The notes under the pieces were generated by a model. The model did not search any database. It was not told the DNA's origin and saw only the letters and a program-made list of their open reading frames with translations. Made by a program: the position numbers and the translations under genes. A DNA stretch of 54,272 nucleotides, filler included, from Porpidia crustulata (taxonomy: Eukaryota): assembly GCA_964255105.1 (NCBI GenBank). It is 3 parts of 3 records of this genome, joined end to end, with 100 filler letters (N's around TTAATTAATTAA, not from the genome) between each part and the next. Parts side by side here need not be neighbours in the genome. Positions count along the whole stretch, not along the records: positions 36,311 to 54,272 come from CAXUWE010000197.1; 2 more parts are not named here. One strand, written 5' to 3'. Each line of letters opens with the position of its first letter. Positions within the stretch are counted from its first letter, which is position 1. Shown piece by piece: positions 47,611-54,272 of the stretch.

Positions 47611-50600
47611 ATGATGAATGTTAGTCAAGTGCTGGAGAGCACCCTTTCACCTGGTGAGCTGATTACGATCCTGCGTGAGGTAGCTTACGTGCTGATACAC
47701 TTTCCATAGACGCTGCCACACGTCAAAATGCTGAGGCTCAGCTCTCCCAAGCTGCTGAGGTCGATTTTGTAAGCACCTTCCCGCCCTAGGGGGTTCCGAA
47801 CATCATGGTCTCCCCTCTGTCTCTTCAGACCTTCAACTAAGACTACATAGCCTGCGTATCTCACTACGCTAGCACATGAGTTGGCCAATGAGCAAGCCCA
47901 ACCACATGTCCGTACAGCCGCCGGGATCGCTCTCAAAAATGCCTTCTCGGCCCGCGAGTATCCCCGGCTGCGGGATATGCAGCGGCGGTGGATCCAGCAT
48001 GTCGATAACAGCGTCAAGAAAGCTGTCAAGGAATTGGCTTTGCAGACACTTTCTTCAGAAGATGGGAGGGCAGGTCAGTCGGCGGCGCAATTCATCGCTT
48101 CGATAGCAGCAATTGAGATACCAAAGAGCGAGTGGCCGGAATTGATGCCCGCATTGGTATTGAACGTCGGTAACGGTGCAGATCATCTAAAGCAAGCGTC
48201 ATTAGCCACTCTTGGCTATATCTGTGATACCGAAGACACAGATCTACGGGATAGCCTTGTACAACATTCCAATGCGATCCTTACAGCTGTCGTGCAAGGC
48301 GCCCGGAAAGAAGAGCCAAATCCAGATGTCCGTTACGCGGCGATGCAGGCCTTGGCAGATTCACTGGAATTCGTGCGAACTAATTTTGAAAACGAAGGGG
48401 AACGGAACTATATCATGCAGGTCATCTGTGAAGCTACGCAGTCGGGCGATAATCGAATTGAAGCTGGATCATATGGCTGTCTTAACCGAATCATGGGGCT
48501 CTACTACGACAAGATGAAGTTTTATATGGAGAAGGCCCTATTTGGGCTCACTGTTATGGGAATGAAGAGCTCAGAGGAGGATGTCGCGAAACTTGCCATC
48601 GAGTTTTGGTGCACGGTCTGCGAAGAGGAAATCGCAATTGAAGACGATAACGCTTTGGTACTTAAGAAATACCCACAGTGCTTCATTGCGATTATCTGCT
48701 AACAGAAACAGGCGCAAGCGGAAGGCTCTTCTGAGATGAGAGATCACTTCAGCTTTGCTCGAGTCGCTACTCGTGAAGTCGTCCCCGTCCTGCTCGAGCT
48801 CTTAGCGCAGCAAGACGAAGATGCTGGCGACGAGGACTACAACATCTCAAGGGCTGCATACCAGTGTCTACAGCTCTACGCGCAGACCGTTGGTGGAGAC
48901 CTTATTCAGATAGTGCTAAGTTTTGTGGAACAGAATCTACGGCACGATGATTGGCATTGGCGAGATGCAGCTGTATCGGCTTTCGGTGCCATCATGGAAG
49001 GTCCAGACGAAAAAATGCTCGACCCCCTGATCAAACAAGCTTTGCCCGTGCTCATTGGCATGATGGATGACAGTACGGTCCAGGTTAAGGATTCCGCAGC
49101 CTATGCGCTGGGTCGTATCTGTGAGAATGTTTCAGAGGCTATTGACTCTCAAGTGCACCTACCGCCACTGATCAGAGCACTCTTCGCGGGCTTATCTAGC
49201 AATCCAAGAATGGCAAGCTCTTGCTGCTGGGCCTTGATGAATCTCGCCGACAGGTTTGCCGGTGAGCCCGGATGCCAACAGAATCCCTTATCAGCGCAAT
49301 TCCAGGAGAGCGTAACACAGCTTCTGAATGTGACGGAAACGTATGGCCCTTTGAATCACACCAATGAATCTATCTAAAAAACTCACAATTTTTTTAGCTC
49401 CGAAGCCGACAACCAGCTCCGCATGGCTGCTTACGAAGTTCTCAATGCATTCGTCAATAACTCCGCGCTTGACACGCTGCATATTGTTGCCAAGCTATCA
49501 GACGTTATTCTTCATCGCCTTGAGAACACAATTCCTATGCAGCAACAGATTGTCAGTGTCGAGGATCGAATTACTCTCGAGGAGATACAGACGAGTCTAA
49601 CAAGCGTACTGCTTGTACGTTGTTCCGGATTTTGTCATAGATCGAATGCTTTGCTCACTATTTCTAGGCTATTATCCAACGTCTGGAAGGTGAAATTAAA
49701 CCTCAGGCGGATCGTATCATGCAAGTGCTTCTGCGTGCTCTGAGTACTGTTGGAGCAAAGTCAAGTGTCCCCGACACAGTGTTTGCTGCTGTGGGCGGCT
49801 TGTCGAACGCTCTTGAGGGAGACTTTGCCAAGTACATGGACTCATTTGCACCGTTCTTGTACAATGCTCTTGGAAACCAGGAAGAACTTGGACTATGTGC
49901 AATGGCTATCGGTTTGGTCAGCGACATCACAAGGGCGCTGGGAGAACTTTGTCAGCCATATTGCGATACATTTATGAATTACTTACTCAATAATCTAAGA
50001 GTGAGTGTACTGTTCTAGCTGTAAATTAAGGGAAGAAAGCTGACGGCGTTGCAGAGTACCACTATGAGCAACCAGTTCAAGCCAGCAATCCTTCAATGTT
50101 TTGGAGACATTGCTCAAGCGATAGGTACACTATTCGAAAAATATTTGGCAACGGTAGCAGAAGTCTTGCAACAAGCAGCCACTATTACGCTGGCCGAGAA
50201 CGGAGCGTTCGAGATGTTCGACTACATTATTTCTCTGAGGGAAGGGATTATGGATGCTTGGTCGGGTACGATACTCGCGCTGAAGCATGGCAAAGGTGTG
50301 TGCCGTCCTGTGCTTGTCAGACTTTACTGACATATCGAAGCTCATCTATTGAACCCTTATGTTGAATCGATTTTTAAGCTTCTGAACATTGTAGCAGTAG
50401 ATCCAAACCGTAGCGAAGCTCTACTGAGATCTACTATGGGCGTCATTGGGTAAGTTACTGGACAGTATCTTTGATAGGATTACACTAAACATGGCATAGT
50501 GATCTGGCCGACACCTTCCCGCACGGCGAGTATGCGAATTATTTCAATCAAGACTGGATTGCCCGCTTGATCAAAGACACCCGGTCGAGTCGCGAATTCC

Positions 50601-50686
50601 AGAGTCGAACCACCGAGACCGCACGGTGGGCGCGAGAGCAGATAAAACGGCAGCCTTCCACCACGCGTGGGGTACACATGTCCTGA
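47611..50686 (+). CDS. KAP95: Importin subunit beta-1 (karyopherin beta; 9 exons)
   Basis: MNVSQVLESTLSP/D, AAGIALKNAF, SNAILTAVVQG, NFENEGERNYIMQV, AIEFWCTVCEEE, RDAAVSAFGAIMEGP and KPAILQCFGDIA. Stop at 50684-50686. Confidence 0.97.
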
Positions 50687-51711
50687 GGAAACCGCCGCCA
50701 AGCTCCTATAGCTGCGTCACTCAAGCCAAGGCAAGTCTTCGGACACAACATGGACGCGCACGCCCCCCTACACCACTCCCAGGTCCTGTTTGGCCAAGGT
50801 CGGGGTCAACCAGCCCAGCATGACTACACCTCCCAAAGCTCCGCAAGAATAGCTGGCATCCACCAAACATAGCTCACCCCATGGCACCATGCCTCACGGC
50901 CACAGCACATCCCCAGCCGAACGCAAGATCCCCACACCCCATCATCATCATGGCCATATACCCCTTGTACGATCGTCATGCTATCTGTTCATATTGCACC
51001 AAACAAGCACCTACATCAGCACAACAACACCGATCCTACAATATTCTTCCGAGGCATTATTAGCATTTAGAAGGCCGCCCTTGATTCTTACGCCCCTCAA
51101 TGTTCGATGTCCAGAAGCCATGTAAGCCCAAACCAATGTATGCTAGCATTATGTCTGGCGGTCATCTCTACACCTTTGTCACTAGAGCTTCATCCCTTGG
51201 TTCAGGCCTCTTAGGGCAGACTATACCTGAACGCGTTCCTGTGATCCTGATTTACCTTCAGTGGGATAGATAGAGGTTGATGGTGGAGACCCATTAGAGA
51301 TGCTGAGTGAAAGAATAGCTATCCCCCAATGCTTCGCCTTTCCGAAGGCAATGTTTCAACGTATTGAAAACTACCTAGTGACACTCAAAATGCATGCCAT
51401 CCTAAATCCTAGAATTGGCACATGGCAGGCTGAGTGTAGATTTCATTGAAACATGATTCGTCTCCCAAACCCCATCATAGTGTTCAACAATGATCTGAAA
51501 GGGTCCCCTGCGAATTCGCAAGACGTCCGCTTGTGTTTTCTATGCTGATAAAAACACCAAGCCACTACATCTAGGCTACATCTCATTCCCGACAACTCAT
51601 CTTTGGCTACAGGCATCAGAATTGTTTGAATCATGCTACATGATTGCTTGTAAATTGTGCAATAGAATTGCGTACAAAACTGAACACTGATAATTCTTGA
51701 GAACATATTTT

Positions 51712-53572
51712 ATGGGTGACATGACATCTGCTCGAGATTGTGTGTTTCCGCAAACGCAAACCTTGGACTACCAGATCGCCATCTCCGGCTCCGGCATCAA
51801 CAAATACCCAGGTATTTTTTTGTATGTGTTTCTGAGTAGATGCATTTACCTGACAGGTCAATCAGCGAAACAGCACGCTCAAGCGAGCGCCCGCCACCTC
51901 GAAGTATCCGAGGGTTTGATATATTTGCCAGGTATTCGACTTACCAGACGCCCCTGGACGGTTCCCCGACTGGCTCGTTGACTGGCTTCTTGACTGGCTT
52001 AGATGCTAATTTGATATACCCTTTCCGCAGGTCAGAGCCTCAAGCACCTAGAAGACTCGGATCTAACGTACCCTTTCCGCCAGCGTCGCTATTTCTACTA
52101 CTTAAGTGGCGTCAATGAGGCTCACTGCTACCTGACTTATGACATATAGCGCGATCATCTCACTTTATATATTCCTCCCTTCAGCCTACAAAAAGCTCTT
52201 TGGTCTGGCCCGGTGTTGACAATTGAAGATGCTGAAGAGCGGTCAGTTGATACGGCCCTGGCAAGTATTTAGCTTACCGGAAGTAACAGATTCGATTTCG
52301 ATACCGTACGCCTCTTAGACTCTCTAAATAATGATATTGGACAGTGGTTGTCCGATAATCATGGGGGTAAAATATATGCTTGCATGATCGACAGATTCCC
52401 CATGTCTTCCCTAGGGCCTATGATAGTCACAGGGTGAATACCTATTCGTTGAAAATTGCCATGGACGCCAGCCGTGGGATCAAGTCGCCACACGATATCT
52501 CACTTATTCGTCACGCCATCAAACTCTCTTCCTTTGCACATCGTAGTATCCTCCACAAGATCACTTCTCTTAAGTCTGAAGCTGAGATACACGCGCTTTT
52601 CACCGATATCTGCATTTCTCACGGCGCTAGACGCCAGGCTTACACCCCAATAATTGCTTCCGGCACGAGTGCGGCCATTCTTCATTACACTAAGAATGAC
52701 CAAACTTTGAAAGGCAAAGGACTTGTGTGCATGGATGCAGGTTGCGAGTGGGATTGCTACTCGAGCGATGTAACAAGGACTTTTCCCGTCAGTGAAGACG
52801 GATGGGTTAGTAAAGAAACAGCTGACATCTACGCCATTGTAGAAGAAATGCAGGAACGCTGCATCGAGCAGCTAAAGCCTGGAATTGCGTACGTTGATCT
52901 CTACGTTCTTGCTCATCGGATCGCTGTCGAGGGATTGCTGCGCTTGGGTATATTCAAGTCTGGAAGTGATATTGATGATGTGATCCGGAAAGGTTTCAGC
53001 AAAGCATTCTTTCCTCATGGCCTGGGTCATCACATCGGTCTGGAAGTCCACGATGTTAGTAAGCAGCAGCTTCTCACCCTTGAACAAGAGACAAGAAAGC
53101 AAGATGTTTCGTATGTCTATGACGGCGAGCGCGTCAAGATTTGTTCGAAAGATTACCCTACGCTAAGCTCCTGGTCTGGTGATGAAATTTTCTTCAATGC
53201 CGATTCATTAGGAAGGAGTCTTTTGGAGGAAAACATGGTCATCACAGTCGAGCCTGGAATATGTGAGTCCACTGCCGGCCCTTCATATGGCTTTCCCACA
53301 TTACTAGGCTAATTTCAAAAGACTTTTCACGACCCGTGATAAATAACCTGATTCTCCACACAAATTTTACAGAATTTGTAGATACTCATGTTCTTTTGAA
53401 GTACGTGCACGTCGGAGGCGTAAGGATCGAGGACGACATCCTCATCACTGCGGATGGTTTTGAGAATCTGACCACGGCACCCGAGGGAGCCGAGATGTTG
53501 GAAGTCATCCGCCAAGGTGCAAAATGCCAGCATGGCATGGAGTGTCCATTCAGAGCCACCACGCCACTTTAA
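51712..53572 (+). pseudogene. Xaa-Pro aminopeptidase (M24B) gene with a nonsense codon and a frameshift
   Basis: KYP/AKQHA, LIYLPG and [16 protein letters not shown], then in-frame TAG at 52147-52149 (YDI*RDHLTLYIP) and a 1-nt frameshift at ~52378-52380. Catalytic motifs MDAGCE..YSSDVTR, HGLGHHIGLEVHD, TVEPG and VRIEDD are intact. Introns 51812-51865, 51932-52030, ~52242-52289 and 53263-53321. Confidence 0.8.
51968..52000. repeat. Intronic 12-bp imperfect tandem repeat (~3 copies)
   Basis: GACTGGCTCGTT GACTGGCTTCTT GACTGGCTT within intron 2 of the peptidase gene. Confidence 0.75.
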
Positions 53573-54272
53573 CAATTTGGCGTTTTCACGAATCATCTGT
53601 TGTTAAGTATTATATTCTTTGCACACGAGATCAAGAAAATTTCCAAGTGTAAAAGTTTTTGGTCCACACGGCACTGCTACTCCGTCAACGATGCCATCCA
53701 ATACTGCAGAGTGATACTGGATTGGATGGGCAGCTTTAGATTACTATGACACAGGCTATTTGCATTTTTCGAGGTGAGAACACGCGAAAAACTTTGGATC
53801 CCGAAGAAGAAACTAGCTGTCCAAAGATTGATTTGGTAATATAAATCAAGTTCTACCCAAAATTCTTTCTTCTTACAAGAGTTGGAGATCATACGGCCTG
53901 CGGTCATACCCCTGGTCATTTCAACCCAATGAGCGGGAGAATCTTGATTCTGGCCCAAGTGGATCATTTGTTTCATCGCCTAAGCCAGAACCATCTTACG
54001 AAATTTGAAAGAGTATTTGACCCTGTATGAAGAAAGCCAAAACAATCTGCCTTGCTTACGTTTACCGTTGAACGCAGACAGTCAATCAAGGAGTGGCAAT
54101 CACCATGTCTAAATTGATAATATTCGATACCTGGCGTTCTTGAAACGCGATATCTTTACTCTTCATCCCCTCTTACAAAAATTTGTGGATCGAGAAGAAA
54201 GGAGCAAAGTCACCCATTGGACTGCTGAGTTCAGCATCCCGTATCCGAGCTATGAAAATCGCCCAAAGGTCA

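Noticed and set aside
52147..52149. TAG as a programmed A-to-I editing or readthrough site
   Set aside because: A separate downstream frameshift would still break the protein, and Gln (CAG) fits the context at least as well as Trp.
53677..54272. 99-aa minus-strand ORF at the window end
   Set aside because: No recognisable family. It could belong to a gene outside the window but cannot be supported here.

Overview
A gene-dense stretch of a filamentous ascomycete (Pezizomycotina-type) nuclear genome, with short GT-AG introns and CTRAC-like branch points. It holds two 100-bp scaffold gaps, each with a synthetic TTAATTAATTAA spacer. Most genes are housekeeping: SEN54 (5' end), a CYP7-like P450, an arrestin-fold protein, PPIL3/CYP10, ZPR1, ALG2, a GH71 alpha-1,3-glucanase, a TBC Rab-GAP, a DUF1996 protein, a Mek1-like FHA kinase, AP-2 mu, succinyl-CoA ligase alpha, ELP3, a FAF1-like protein, a NIPA Mg2+ transporter, a DUF2420-like acidic protein, delta-COP, APC4 and importin beta. 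Manual splicing recovered genes that the ORF track misses or fragments: the 25-aa RPL41, a 4-exon V-ATPase subunit f/RNASEK homologue and a 76-aa orphan. The most interesting signals are (1) an unannotated ~290-nt, deeply nested multibranch RNA-like fold between ZPR1 and ALG2 (8975-9267, + strand favoured) that I cannot assign to a known family, and (2) an Xaa-Pro aminopeptidase gene with a nonsense codon and a frameshift confined to its N-terminal domain while the catalytic domain is intact. I saw no rRNA, tRNA, CRISPR array or intact transposon. All family calls come from motif recognition by eye, not from database searches.
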